A stretch of DNA of 64,000 bases from Entomortierella parvispora E1425. Its lineage: Eukaryota > Fungi > Mortierellomycota. The position numbers and the translations under genes are program-made. The stretch is from positions 558,001-622,000 of the forward strand of contig BQFW01000011.1 of the NCBI GenBank assembly GCA_020891255.1. Reading direction: 5' to 3'. Positions 12,958-24,984 of the stretch are shown here, one piece after another. The notes below the pieces were generated by a model. It was not told where the DNA came from. It did not search any database and saw only the letters and a program-made list of their open reading frames with translations. Positions within the stretch are counted from its first letter, which is position 1. The number at the start of each line of letters is the position of its first letter.

Positions 12958-14230
12958 ATGTAAGCAGGCGGGCCGTATTTGCCCATGATCGAGCCACGTC
13001 CCCCCGCAATGGAGGAAGGGACCATCGCCCGGGGTCATCTCCCGTTCATCCTCTCCTTGACAGCCATCCCTTCTTATTTGGACTCGACTGGGACCAGTGG
13101 ATCTAGATCTCGGTCCCTGGATCGATCTACTCTGGACAGGATAAACAAACCATCCAGAGTCGCTTGTTGTTGTTTGTCTGGATGAATCTCGGATCCATCG
13201 CCAGACCATAGAACATCACTCTGCCAACAAGATGACATCAAACTGCAGGGTTGGATAGTCATCTTTAACTCGACTTCACTATTGCGCTGGGCGTACCTCT
13301 TTATTTATATATTCACGCCAGGAAGAGAGTGAAGGTCAAGAGCCAAGGAGTATCCTTGCCAGCAATCGGGACACACCATCATGAGGCCAATACACAACGG
13401 ACCGGCAACAGCTTCATCAACAGCAGGCAGACTGGCGAGCGATAGACTCAGGAACCGACATTCTCCCTCTCTCTTTTCTTCTTTGCGTTGGTCAGGACAG
13501 TTCGCATCCTGGGTCCCTGAAAAAAAACAAAAGAAACTCATCAATGTCGACCTGCCTTTTCTTTTTATTGCAAACGACGCATACCATAGGGCTGATATCG
13601 AGAACAAGACCGCTTCCATCGAGGAGATCCACTCTGACGTTGAGTCTGATGTTGAGGCCCAGACCTCTTCCCGCGTCCAGTCCCGTGGCGAGATCAAGGC
13701 CCGCAAGGCCCTCTCCAAGTTGGGTCTCGAGAAGGTCAAGGATATCACCCGTGTGACCATCCGCCGCTCCGGTCAGCCCATCTTGGCCATCTCCCAGCCC
13801 GATGTCTTCAAGTCCAAGATCTCCGATACCTACATTGTCTTCGGTGAGGGTCAGGCCGAGGATGCCAACAGCTTGCAGTCCCAGCTCCAGGCTGCCCAGG
13901 ATGTCCTCAAGGATGCCGGTGAGCCCTCTGCTGCCGTCGATGCCGCTGAGGCCGCTGCCGATGAGGAGGATGGTGAGGAGGTTGATGAGACCGGTGTTGA
14001 TGCCAACGACATTGAGTTGGTCATTGCCCAGGCCAACGTCAGCCGCGCCAAGGCCGTCAAGGCCTTGAAGAACAACGACAACGACATCGTTAACGCCATC
14101 ATGGTGAGTTGATTTCTTTGCTTTTTTTTTTCTGTCATCGAGAGGAATTGGTTTGCAAGTCTCCTTGGGAAATGGTCTCTAATGTTGTCAACTCTTTCTT
14201 TTCAATGTCTAATAGGAGCTCACTATGTAA
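12958..14230 (+). CDS. EGD2: Nascent polypeptide-associated complex subunit alpha, 3 exons; start codon split AT|G by intron 12960-13589
   Basis: NAC domain '[20 protein letters not shown]...PDVFKS...YIVFGE' and UBA-like C-terminus '[32 protein letters not shown]|ELTM*'. The split start is rebuilt from ACAAT|GTAAGC and CATAG|GGCTGAT. Confidence 0.88.
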
Positions 14231-15472
14231 ATCATCCTCCAACTCTGACCCTTCTCCGCTCTCCATAATTGTCCAACCAACTCTGTCTGTCGCTTGACTC
14301 TTTTCTTGACAAATAAAATATCAAAAGCATTTTTTGTTTGCAATTCTACACCTCTGTTGTCTTGCACTTGCCCACGCGCGCTCAATGTTTTCCTTTGGTA
14401 GGTGGAGGCAGACGTTCCTCCTAGGCTAATGCAGGTGTGAAAGAACGCTCTCATCTTCCTGCTGGATAACGCCACACTGACTTGTCGACTTTGTTGGCTC
14501 GGTTTCTTTGAATTCCGGGGATAGCAATGGATAACTGATCTCTTTTCGCGATGAAGCTGCCAAGCCCGGGATCCCACCCGAACATCGCATCGCGCCCTGC
14601 TGAGGCGCAAGGGGCAAGGGATAGATGCTAGATCAGGAGCTAGCAGTTTAACATCGCGATTTAGATGCCAAGCGCGGGTTCTGGATCCGGATGCATGACT
14701 CTAGAATCCTTCTGCAGGATGGGGGCGATTGTCTACATTTGCCGTTTGTTTTTCACAGCACGCGTGCATTCTTTCCTTGTCCATCCTGTGATATGTTGGC
14801 TGGTCTACATGAATTTTTTCAGATTGAGCTCAACAACGAGTGCGATTCCGCTTTCACTTTATCTTTATTTTCATGCTTACCATCAACTGCAGGGTTCAAC
14901 ATCACCAAAGGGTCGATTCAATGTGCTCGACGCAAACCTCATGGGCTTGAGGGTGCAGAATAGCTTACTGTCCTGGCTTTTGGAAAATGGTAGCGCCTAT
15001 TTTTGCCCTTGTCATGCAACGTCCAAAGGGACCGAAGGAAAGAGGAGGAGTGAACACAGCATGGAGGCCAAAAGGAGAGATCCATGAGAACTCGAACATG
15101 TCTCCTGGGAATGGGACTGATAGGTTATAGGGATCTGCTGAGGGGCAAAGCCTAGGAGGAAACGATGGTCAAGAAAAGGTGGCGTATTAGAGGCGACAAT
15201 CAGAGAGCCTCAGGCTTGGCCAGGGATGAATGCCTTTCTTGGAGCTCATTCTACTTCAATTTGCCCGCAGCAGCTCCCAGCAGACCTAGAGTTTCTCCCT
15301 TGGCGTGGTAACACAAAACTCTTGGCACTTTCTTCTGACCCTCCGCCCTTAACGGTAGTTCGTCCCTGCCTCAGCGCTTGATTTCCTGAAGGTTAAAAGA
15401 GCGAGGCCCAAACAGTTCATTTCCCCTTTCTTCAAAAAGTTCCCACCAACGTCCTCCTCACATAATTTAGTC

Positions 15473-17499
15473 ATGAAGATTGCCACCGTTGTTGTGCTTG
15501 GAGCAGCTTTGCAGCTCCTTGCTTCCACCTCCATCGTCGAGGGTTTACCTTTCGATAGCCAAACGGCCAAATATGACAATTGGCGAAAGACGATCGATCA
15601 TGCCAGGAAGCTGACCGGTGTTCCCGGAATGAGTGTTGCTGTCATGCACAAAGGCAAAGTCATTTTTGCCGAAGGATTCGGCCAGCGCAACAAGAATGGC
15701 GACCCAGTTACTGCCGAGGTAAACACCAGAGTGCCAATTGCAATTGCCCTCCCCCTCCTGCTCTCCGATGGTTACACCTCGATCATACGTTCTCTTTGTT
15801 TGTCTGTTGGTTTTATTTGGTCATTATTGAAGATCCTGACGTCGACTATTTCAATCCGCAATACTAGACTTTGATGCCCATTGGATCCATGACCAAGGCC
15901 ATGACGGCCGCTATGATTGGTGAATTGGTCGCCGAGGGCAAATTGGACTGGGACAAGACCCCCGTTGTTGAATACGTTCCCGAGGCTCGCTTCAGCCCCG
16001 TTCTCTCCGAGGAGTTGACTCTTTCTGACTATCTCTCACATCGTTCTGTAAGATTGAAACTTGAGATGCCAATTGATCATTCTGTGAGAGTAAAGTTGGG
16101 GCAATTAGGCTCACATTCCGGTCTTTGATGTGGACGAATAGGGTCTTCCTCACGATGATACTCCTTGGACCAACACCACAGAGACCCGGGCTCAGGTCTT
16201 CCGTCGACTCAAGAACTTCAACCTTCCCACCAAGCTGTCCACCAACCTCCAGTACTCGAACGTGGGTTACGCCATTTCGGGAGAGGCGGCGGCCAATGTC
16301 GCCGGTGTCCCCTACGAGCAGCTTGTCCACGACAAGATTTTCCGTCCCTTGGGTCTTTCCCACACGGGCTTCTCGCCCGTCGAGATGGGCAAGCGTCCAA
16401 ACCATGCCATGCCCTTCTATTCCGACAGCTTGAAGGATGCTCAGGCCGGTATCTTCCACGAGGGATATCTGGATCGATTGATCGAGTTCGATTCGGCTGC
16501 CGGGGATATCTACTCCAACATGGACGATCTGCTCAAATGGGGAAGGACCATCATGAAGTATGGCGAGTGGGATGGCGAACAGATTTTGAACAGGGCCTCA
16601 GTCGAGCAACTGTTGACAGCCCGCACAATCGCTCGAGGCGTCAGGACCCTTCCTGAGTTGGGACCCGCGACCACCTATTCCTTCGGATGGTTTGCCGACA
16701 GCTACAAGGGTCAATCCGTGTACTACCATGGTAAGAGCTCTCTCCCTTTTTTTTTTGTGCCGTCTGTGATGGTTGCACGACAGCACAAAGACATGAGGCT
16801 GAACACTTTTTAATTTCATTGTTTCTATTCGATTTCATAGGAGGCAACACGCTTGGATTCTCCTCCATCATTGCCTTGTTCCCAGAGTCCGATCTGGTCA
16901 TTGCCTCCCTGACCAACACCTATGCAGCCATGTACCCTAACTTTGTCTACTACTACCTTGCGGATGAGATCCTGAACCTCCCCAAAACTCAAGACTGGAC
17001 TGAGGCGGCGCTCGCCATGACCGAGCGTGTCTACAACGGCACGGAAGAGGCTCGCAAAGGCAACTTCCCTCGCCGCCAAAAGAACACCCACCCATCTCAC
17101 CCTTTGAAAGAGTATGTCGGTGTTTATACCCACCCTTTGTTCGCCGGCGACGTCACCCTCACGTTGAAGGATAACCACTTGATCTTCCACTTTACGACCT
17201 TTGTCAGCAGGATGGAGCACTATCACTTTGATTCGTTCTCGTTCACCTTTGATGTTTGGTCGGTCAAGTCCGCTCAGTTGGTGACCTTCTTGACCGGTCA
17301 GGATGGCAAGATCAGCGGATTCGAGTTCGAGCACATTGACAAGATGTTGATCTTTGAGAAGAAGGAGGAGAGCAAGATCCAAGAAGAGAATGACAATGTC
17401 CAGGAGGATGAGACCGAGGAGATGCAAGAAGAAGAGAAGGAAAGCGCCTTTGAACAGGGCGCGGACCACATGCAGTTCAAGCTGCTCAGGGCATTGTAA
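15473..17499 (+). CDS. Secreted beta-lactamase/AmpC-like serine hydrolase with C-terminal DUF3471-like domain, multi-exon
   Basis: Signal peptide 'MKIATVVVLGAALQLL'; SxxK motif 'IGSMTKA'; 'LSHRS'; 'YHG|GNTLGF'; C-terminal 'LKEYVGVYTHP'. Confidence 0.82.
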
Positions 17500-20007
17500 G
17501 AACTCGATGTCTTCTAGTCTTATATACTATATATCCCAAATATAAAAATCCTTTCACGTCTGCAGCAAAGGAGTAGGATGTAAGATGCAGAAGCGTAGGC
17601 TAGTGTCAATGCCCATTAACGAGCCCATCGGGAACGTAGGATGGCACTGTCCTACGCGATCTTCTCAATGTGGTACCTCAAGGTTCAATCCTTTGCCCTA
17701 CCTAATATTAGCCAACATGCATACACTAGACAGACTGTGGCCAACTTGTATGCTAACGCCGGATCTGTTGAAGATAACCATTCCGTCCTTGTCATATATT
17801 ACGAGGTGAGACTTGTGTCGCGTGTTTTCCATGGCCACGTTCCATTTGCGGTTCCAGGACAAGGCCATTGAGATAAGAAAGATCAACCCCATGTCCATCC
17901 TTTGTTGTTACTACAGCTCTTCCTGCTTGTGGTCCATCTTGGGTGGTGTTCCTGTCCTGCGTAGCCAGAGATGCCTGCTCGTCTGTCGTTGCCTGGGTCG
18001 TGTCCCAGTTCCTGAACGAAGTCCGTTGTATCATGTGACAGATGTGGATTGAACTCAAATTGTTGCCGCAGCTGGTGGGCGAGTTTTTGTCAAGTTTGGT
18101 GCCATGCTGGCAATCTGTTCCACTGGGCTGTTGCCGAGTGATAATCAAAGATCACAAGAGAGCTGGAGCCCATTCCTTTTTCTGGAGTATTGGAGCTTCA
18201 TGAGCTGATGCACAGGAAGCAATCTTCTTACCGAGTGCGATCAGGGACGCGCGCCCTATCTTCCTGAGGGCCGTACTGTAGCTTTTAGCCCCTGGGTCGT
18301 GGGGATATCGTTTCAGATTTGCCCGTCTCCCCTATCTATCCGTGCAATATATCCATATTTCTTCGTTCTATTGTCGCAGTTTTAAGCGATACTGATTTGT
18401 ATGTGTGCGATTGTTGTTGCTACCTTTTCTCATGACCAAGTTCTGTCCCCGGGATTATTGCGCCGCTTTGTCATTTGTTGCTTTTGAGTTCTATTGGCAA
18501 TATTTACGAGAGAGAAGACTGTTTTCTCTTTGAGTTTCAGTGATGACCACAACGCCACAAAAATAAAAAAAAAATCATTCTAGGTAGCAGCGCCCGCAAA
18601 GGGATCAAGAGGTCAGAGTCTTTTCATGCATTGTGAAAGGGAAGGATAGTGCAGCTTCGAGCGAGCGAGCATTCTCTTTGACCATGTGCATGGATTAGCC
18701 GAGAGAGAGGCAGTACGACCGTGCATGGTGTTTGGAGCACAAACTGCCAAATATACTTCCCCTCTCCCTCGGATGACTGATGTGCCAACTGCAAACAACG
18801 TGCTCCGTTTCGTGGGTCCCAACATAAACATCGGTCGACCACCCCTTTCCTTTCCTCCACCTTCAGCTGTGTCCGTACTGTTCATCATACTGTTCATTGC
18901 AAGTCTGCCGGGAGAGCTACGAGAATAGTATCCTAAAGAGATAAGCACAGGGCAGACACTATTGTCTCGAAGTACTTTACATGCACTGCACAAAAAGAAA
19001 AAAGACAGTTTTTTTTTGCTGAGATGTGAGCAATGACATGATGTGAAAGAGCGCTGCAGTTGATTTTTATGTACCAGCTGGACAAAAAAAAAAAAAACAC
19101 TCAAAAACGCAAAAAAAACGTAAGGAGCAGCTTAACCACAACAGCCCGAAGTTGGGTTTCTTTCATTTCTGGTCAAGCACCAACCGCAGTGACTCAAGGC
19201 GCAAGGAGTTCAAGGTAGCGATAACGAGTCGACAGCCTATGAAGGCTTGGCTTATCCAACCCATTCCCGAGAGGCGTGATGAACAGAAAAACCATAAAGG
19301 CCATGATGCCTCGGCGTGGAATTCTTTCCTAGTTTTCGATCCCATTTCTGCATGGATTGGTGCTGGACAAAGAAGCAATATACTTTTTTGCGGATAGAGT
19401 GCATTGTTCGTTTGGACTGCACCTGTCGCTTGCCAGGGAAATCGAACCTCCGATCGAAAAATCAAAGTGGATTTTTGCAAATTTGCAAATTGAATTGCCG
19501 AGGGAATGAATAACCCTTTGAAGAGAGTTTCTGGTACGGAATACAAACGGCGCTTCCTCCCCTCCCTTTGGGCCCACATGGCGGCGCCTCGGCAATGAGA
19601 CAGCCCAGCTAGTGGTCGAGAAACGGGGCGAGTGTCAGAGGTCACGAAGCACTAGTTCTGGCCAGCACAGTGCACCAAGCATTGCCTCATATCATGCCTC
19701 AGGTTCCAATTTGCCATAAATACAGACAACGTCGGCCTCTGCTTCTCTCCTCATATTTCTTTCTTTCTTTCTTGCACCCCTCTCCTCCTGCATTGACGAC
19801 CCTTTGTACATACCGTCACCCACCCTATTCTTCATCCTCCCTCTCAACCTCAGCACTCGTCTTCATCTTGCTCATCGATACCATCCATCTCTTCACCAGC
19901 AAGCCAATATCCACACTTACTGCTTCCGTCTCACCTTCACAGACACTAGCGCAGTGGTCCCTCAAAAGCCAGAAATAGTCCACTCCACTTCCACCTTGCC
20001 ATCGACA

Positions 20008-20808
20008 ATGAAGCGCACCAGTCTCGTGTTGTTCGCTACAATCGTCATAGCCTCGATCTTCGCCAATGGCCCCATGGGCTACGTCGAGGCGGCCCCTGTT
20101 ATGATCCCACAGCAGGAACAACATCAACTGCCCCTTGCCCGCTTGCCCCATTCGTCTTCAGGACGTCTCCGCATCAAAACCAAGGCCTACTCAAAGTCGC
20201 ATCAGCGCAAGCACCGACCCTCCTCTCACCAGATCCAACAAGCGCTCAATGAGCTCAACCAAGATGGCCTGGCTCGTGAGCGGGTGGCGGTCATTTCTGC
20301 CTGGTACCACCAACGGTCCGACTTCTCGATCCACCCTAGACGCCGAGGCTTGGGTGGTGACCGGGAGCGATTGCAGGGCCATGCTGTCCTGGATGATGAG
20401 GACGATGATGCAGGCAACGAGCTTTTGGATACCGAAGATGACGATGATCTGAGAACCCTTCCCGATGGGGACGATACGATCGAGGGTCAGATCCTGGAGG
20501 AAGAAGAAGATGATGAGCCCTCGAGCGCGGAGGCAGAAACTGAAGAGTTGATTCGTCTGTCGCGATCCAGCATTGGCTGGTTGCACGAGAATGGACTCCA
20601 AGACCGAGATGTTGTCCCTGAGGACTTTGAAGAGGATGATATGGAGGAGGAGGAGGAAGGGGACGAGGAGGTCCTCCGAGAGTCGAACTTGGAGTTTGAC
20701 AACGGCGACGTTGTTGAGGAGGATGAGGAGCTCGAGGCTTATATCATCCCCACCTCCAAGTTTGGCGGTAATGTCGCAGCTGCCGAAATGGCCGCTGGCG
20801 AGCCCTGA
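20008..20808 (+). CDS. Hypothetical secreted protein with basic N-terminal half and highly acidic C-terminal half
   Basis: Single open frame of 266 codons; signal-peptide-like 'MKRTSLVLFATIVIASIFA'; long D/E-rich tracts. Confidence 0.7.
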   Translation: MKRTSLVLFATIVIASIFANGPMGYVEAAPVMIPQQEQHQLPLARLPHSSSGRLRIKTKAYSKSHQRKHRPSSHQIQQALNELNQDGLARERVAVISAWYHQRSDFSIHPRRRGLGGDRERLQGHAVLDDEDDDAGNELLDTEDDDDLRTLPDGDDTIEGQILEEEEDDEPSSAEAETEELIRLSRSSIGWLHENGLQDRDVVPEDFEEDDMEEEEEGDEEVLRESNLEFDNGDVVEEDEELEAYIIPTSKFGGNVAAAEMAAGEP

Positions 20809-21452
20809 AAAAAAAAAAAAAATCGCGCAACTCCCCTACTTGTATATATTTCATGATTGCCCCCTTCTTTCCCACTTTGTACAGAACCGAAAAAAAAAGC
20901 ACATCATCCCTTCCAGCATTTGACATAGCACCCCCAAAATAATAGAAGCCTCACAGCAACCTGCAACCTAAAAACGAATCCCTCTTGCAATAGTTCCATG
21001 ATACAAAAAGTCCTGCTTCCACAGGTTCTTTGTTGTTGTTTTGCTTGCTGTAGTTGTTTGCCCGACAGCGGTTGTGGTTTTTTTTCTTTGTTGATTTCCA
21101 ACGGTCGGGACTTTTTTTTTTTTTTTTTTTGTCGGGACGACCAAAAGACCATTAAAAAAAGTGGTATGGATACCCTATGAAACGTACGGCAACTCAGCCC
21201 ACTTCCTCATCCCCTATTCCAGTTTTCCAGTTTTGCACTTGGACGCAACATAATGACAACATTCATGCTCTCGCCCGCTCTCGTCGTCCTATGGATTGAC
21301 AGTCAATGAATGCTCTCCTGTCCAAACTGATAATATTTAAGCGTGCTTTATGGATATGAGTGTATATGTGGTCGGATTGGCGAGCGAGGAATAGGTTCTT
21401 GGAGAAAGACAAGGGTAGTGTAAAGGGAAGACAAAGGGTCGGTCTCCTTCCT

Positions 21453-22234
21453 TTACAGCCACTTGTCCTTGGCCTCCTTGGCCAACTTTTGGATCTTCTC
21501 GGCGTCGAGTTCGTTGACGTTCTCAGCCAATCCAATGACGTGCGAGTTCCAGGTATCCTTGACCGAGGGCACAATGCGCTCCTGAATATAAGTCGTAGAT
21601 TCCTCGAGGATCTCCTTGGGCTTTTCAAGGATTGAGGCGGTAGGATGTGATGTGAGGGCCTGTTGAAGTCGAGAATAAAACATGAAAACGTTAGACAATC
21701 AGATCTTTTTGAGAGGATAATTCACGCTTGGATCGGTCGATTCAACGCTTCAAGAAAGGCTAACTCTCTCTCTCTCTGAAAATCATTCGATAGACAGCCA
21801 ACCCCTTCTTTTTTCTAAGAAGGAGCTGTCTCCATCCTTCCGACATGCTCGTTGTGGGAGTGAATAATCTCCTCCAGTTTGACTGTAGGCGAACCAGCAT
21901 CAACAGGTCCTCATAGATGCAGGATCGTCCTCCCGTTCCTGAAATTTCCCGTCGGAGAAAGGGCGTGTTGACATCATGCCTGCATGGGTGCCTTTTTGGT
22001 GCCGCATCGAGTTCTTTCCAGAGAGTGATTGATGTCATTGCGAGACTTCACGAGTGCATTCTCTTTCATTACATTGCTAATCTTGTTTCCGGGAACAGAT
22101 CCAGCGAGACGGTTCTGGACATCGCTCAACTGGTTTCTGACTTGACGCATGTCCGATGTCAGCTCTGTCCTGAACTGGTACAAGATGGCACCAGAGACCA
22201 AGAGTCCTGTAAAGATGGTAGCAGGGCGCGACAT
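21453..22234 (-). CDS. Small mitochondrial-type membrane protein, possibly MICOS subunit Mic12/Aim5-like, 2 exons
   Basis: N-terminal TM 'IFTGLLVSGAILYQF', then a coiled segment. The C-terminal 'VKDTWNSHVIGLA' resembles the Mic12 'KD.WN..I...' motif as I recall it. Intron about 21661-22071. Confidence 0.5.
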
Positions 22235-22800
22235 TATGATTAGGGAGGGTGAAGGGGGATGGTGTGTGGCCGGCCTGCCTCGGGACATGGGTGTGGGCTT
22301 GGTTCAGACTCTGGTGGCTTAGGACCTTGGTTGCTCAAAGAAATTTTGTCCGGCGCTTGAATCCCTCCTGCAGGCACAGAGTGCCTGATCCACACCCTCT
22401 TTTGACCTTTCGACCGTGTTTGGTCTTGGAGTTGATTCTATGGAAGCAGGACACACTCAGTACAGCTCCCAGCGCCTCTCTGACTGCTATGTTGCTCTAG
22501 ATGCGAGTGCCCATGTTGGTCGATACAGCAGTCGTGCCCTGAAGACTATCGCAGAGGCGCAGACTTGGATGAATGTGAAAAAAAAGTATTGTTTGCATGT
22601 ATCTGACGAGATAGCGTTCAAGGCTAACCGTTTAAATACAGGTAATAGTGGTGCTGTGGCTCACCATGCATCGCTCGCTCTAGATACTGCGACGCGTCCA
22701 GAATTCACTCTAGATAACCTAAACAACATGTTTGGCATGTTGCCAACAAGGATTCGTCCGTAGATACTCCTTTTTTTTGTTCCATTTCTTTTATTTATGC

Positions 22801-24127
22801 TCAGTATGATTTCATGGAATTCCAGTCATCGTCATGAAGGGCCATGGACGTTGAGGCCAAAGGATCTAGGGCTGCAAACTCTTGTATCATCACGTCCCTT
22901 GACACTGCCTCGAGCTCTTTATACATGGTCGTCAAAATTTTCTAAAGGAAACAACAAGCTGTGCTTAGTTCGAGCTAGAAGCGATATCCACAAGAAGATG
23001 AGGAATAAATCTCCCAGATCAAAGCAATCGAGAGCCAGGATAGAGGCGGGTGTTTACCTTGAACTTTGCGTCAATCTTTTGAAAAGATTCAAGTACTTGA
23101 AAATTCCAGAGCTTATCCTGCTGTTGTTGCTCCCACAGTTTCTCGTACAATAGCCCGATCATATCACAAAGAGTCGACGTAGTAATAATGTAGTCTAGAT
23201 TGAACGGCTAATTACGTTGAACAGGCAGTGAGATGAACGTTAAGGATTGGGAAAAGATAGAACTCAGCGCCCCTACGCCACTTTATAAAAAGACTCACCA
23301 GTGTCCGAACTTCAAGGTATGAATATTCGCCAGTCTCCTCGAATGTTCTGCCATCGCTTGTCGCCTTTCGACCAGATTTGGAAAATATCTAAAAGGAGAG
23401 GAGATGTGTATAAGCGAAGATGCCAGAGTGTCTTTAAAAGTTCCAGCGGAAGAAAGAAGGCCACGTACAGACTTTGATCTTGATTCGGCGGCAGCAAAGT
23501 GGTCATACTCCTGTAAAACGTTCGTCAAGGCCTTCAAGCAGTCACCTGTGATAGGGATCTCGAGTATCGTTGCAAGAGATGTTCCCAAGAAAAAGTATTG
23601 CTGGGACCTAAAAGGCGGAAAAATCAGAAAAGTCAACAGAATTAAGCATTGAAGGTCATTTCCCTGTTTGGTTTGCATCTCTGTGAGTCTGTTGTTACAC
23701 AGAGGGATCCATTCTCCTGTTTTATCGATCAAACAAGAGTGGAAGATTGTGCAACGTTGGCGATCCATCCACAAGTTTTCGGGGTGGTCAAGAGTGAACA
23801 GCACTGTGGGCCAAAAGAGGGCCAGGCGTAGAATCATCTAGCCTGTATCCGTGGGAGTGAATTTCATGTTTTTGAGAGAGCTATTTTGTACCTCCGCTGC
23901 ATCTTTTCATCGGTCCAAATGGCTCGCATCTCCTGCTCTGAGACTAAGGCTGTGTTGTAGAGAACCATGCCACCCTGGAAACACCGCTGGAGATATCTAA
24001 AGGTGGTGATGCGCTTGTGGATCAAGGTCGGAATCCATTCCTGCTGTTGAATCTGCTGACTTGTAGTTTGCAGCACGGCGCCTGGCGTGCCCATCATCAA
24101 AGTGGCGGAACCAGCGAAGCCAGACAT
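22801..24127 (-). CDS. Conserved fungal protein of unknown function, 5 exons
   Basis: In-phase spliced segments: 'HKRITTFRYLQRCFQGGMVLYNT', 'QYFFLGTSLATILE', 'GEYSYLEVRTL|PFNLDY....TLCDMI...YEKL', 'FQKIDAKFK|KILTTMYKEL'. Canonical GT-AG sites; TGA at 22801-22803. Confidence 0.7.
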
Positions 24128-24984
24128 TATTTCTGTTGGTGGATAGTCGTGATGGCTGTGTATTTGGGGTAGAGAAGGGTATATATGTTGATGTCGGGTA
24201 GGACAGAAGTGTCGATGGCACGAGCACAGAGCGGGAACAGAGGGAGACTGGTAACCCTCGGAGGACAAGGGTGATTCGTGAAAACGCAAAGACGTTCGAA
24301 TGCGATGAACAATGGAAATGGGAAAAGAGAAAGGACGAAGAGGTAAGGACGAGGAGCAGGAATCGGGATGAGTGCAAGTAAGTCAAGGTCGAAAGAGGAG
24401 CAGATTGCAGATGGCGACGGTGATGTGAATGAGGGAGGAGAGACTGCCCTGTTGTTGGCCCTGTCGTCTTGTTCTAGCCTTGTTCTGCTTGTTCTGGCCT
24501 TTGTTCTTTGCCTCTCTTTCATCCACTGAGACGACTCCGCTCACTCTTGCTCTCATTCCACACACCCAAAAGGAGACGAATTCATCCGTGCGCGTGCGCC
24601 TGTACTATGTCCATGCCCTTTTGTGCTCCCTGTCCTCTGCTGCTCCCGCAGGCATAAGGGCATCAGCTACCACGTTGACTCGACTTTTTCTGGAAGCTCC
24701 ATTAAGGGCTTGATCTCCGAAGGAAGCTATAAACTCAAGAGTGACATCCAGGAATCCTCCAGGAGGCATTCCATGATGGCGAAGAACGAACGCTTAAACA
24801 ATCAACCCATCACAGAATCAATGTTAACATAGTCATCCTGAACAAGGACGGGGGCGACAGGTAGTCATGACCTGGATCATACAATGGGTCTCTTTCTCCA
24901 GCGTCTAAAATTCCTGCCCCTCAAACGCAATAAGACTCGAGCATTGGACATCTAAGTATACAGTAGTTTATTAAACTACAGATC

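Noticed and set aside
13150-13290. H/ACA snoRNA in the NAC-alpha intron
   Set aside because: Two hairpins and an H-box-like AGAACA are present, but no ACA box follows the second hairpin. Kept only as a low-interest finding.
17585-19700. Several 60-160 aa ORFs between the beta-lactamase-like gene and the acidic secreted gene
   Set aside because: No recognisable motifs, codon bias or consistent exon chain.
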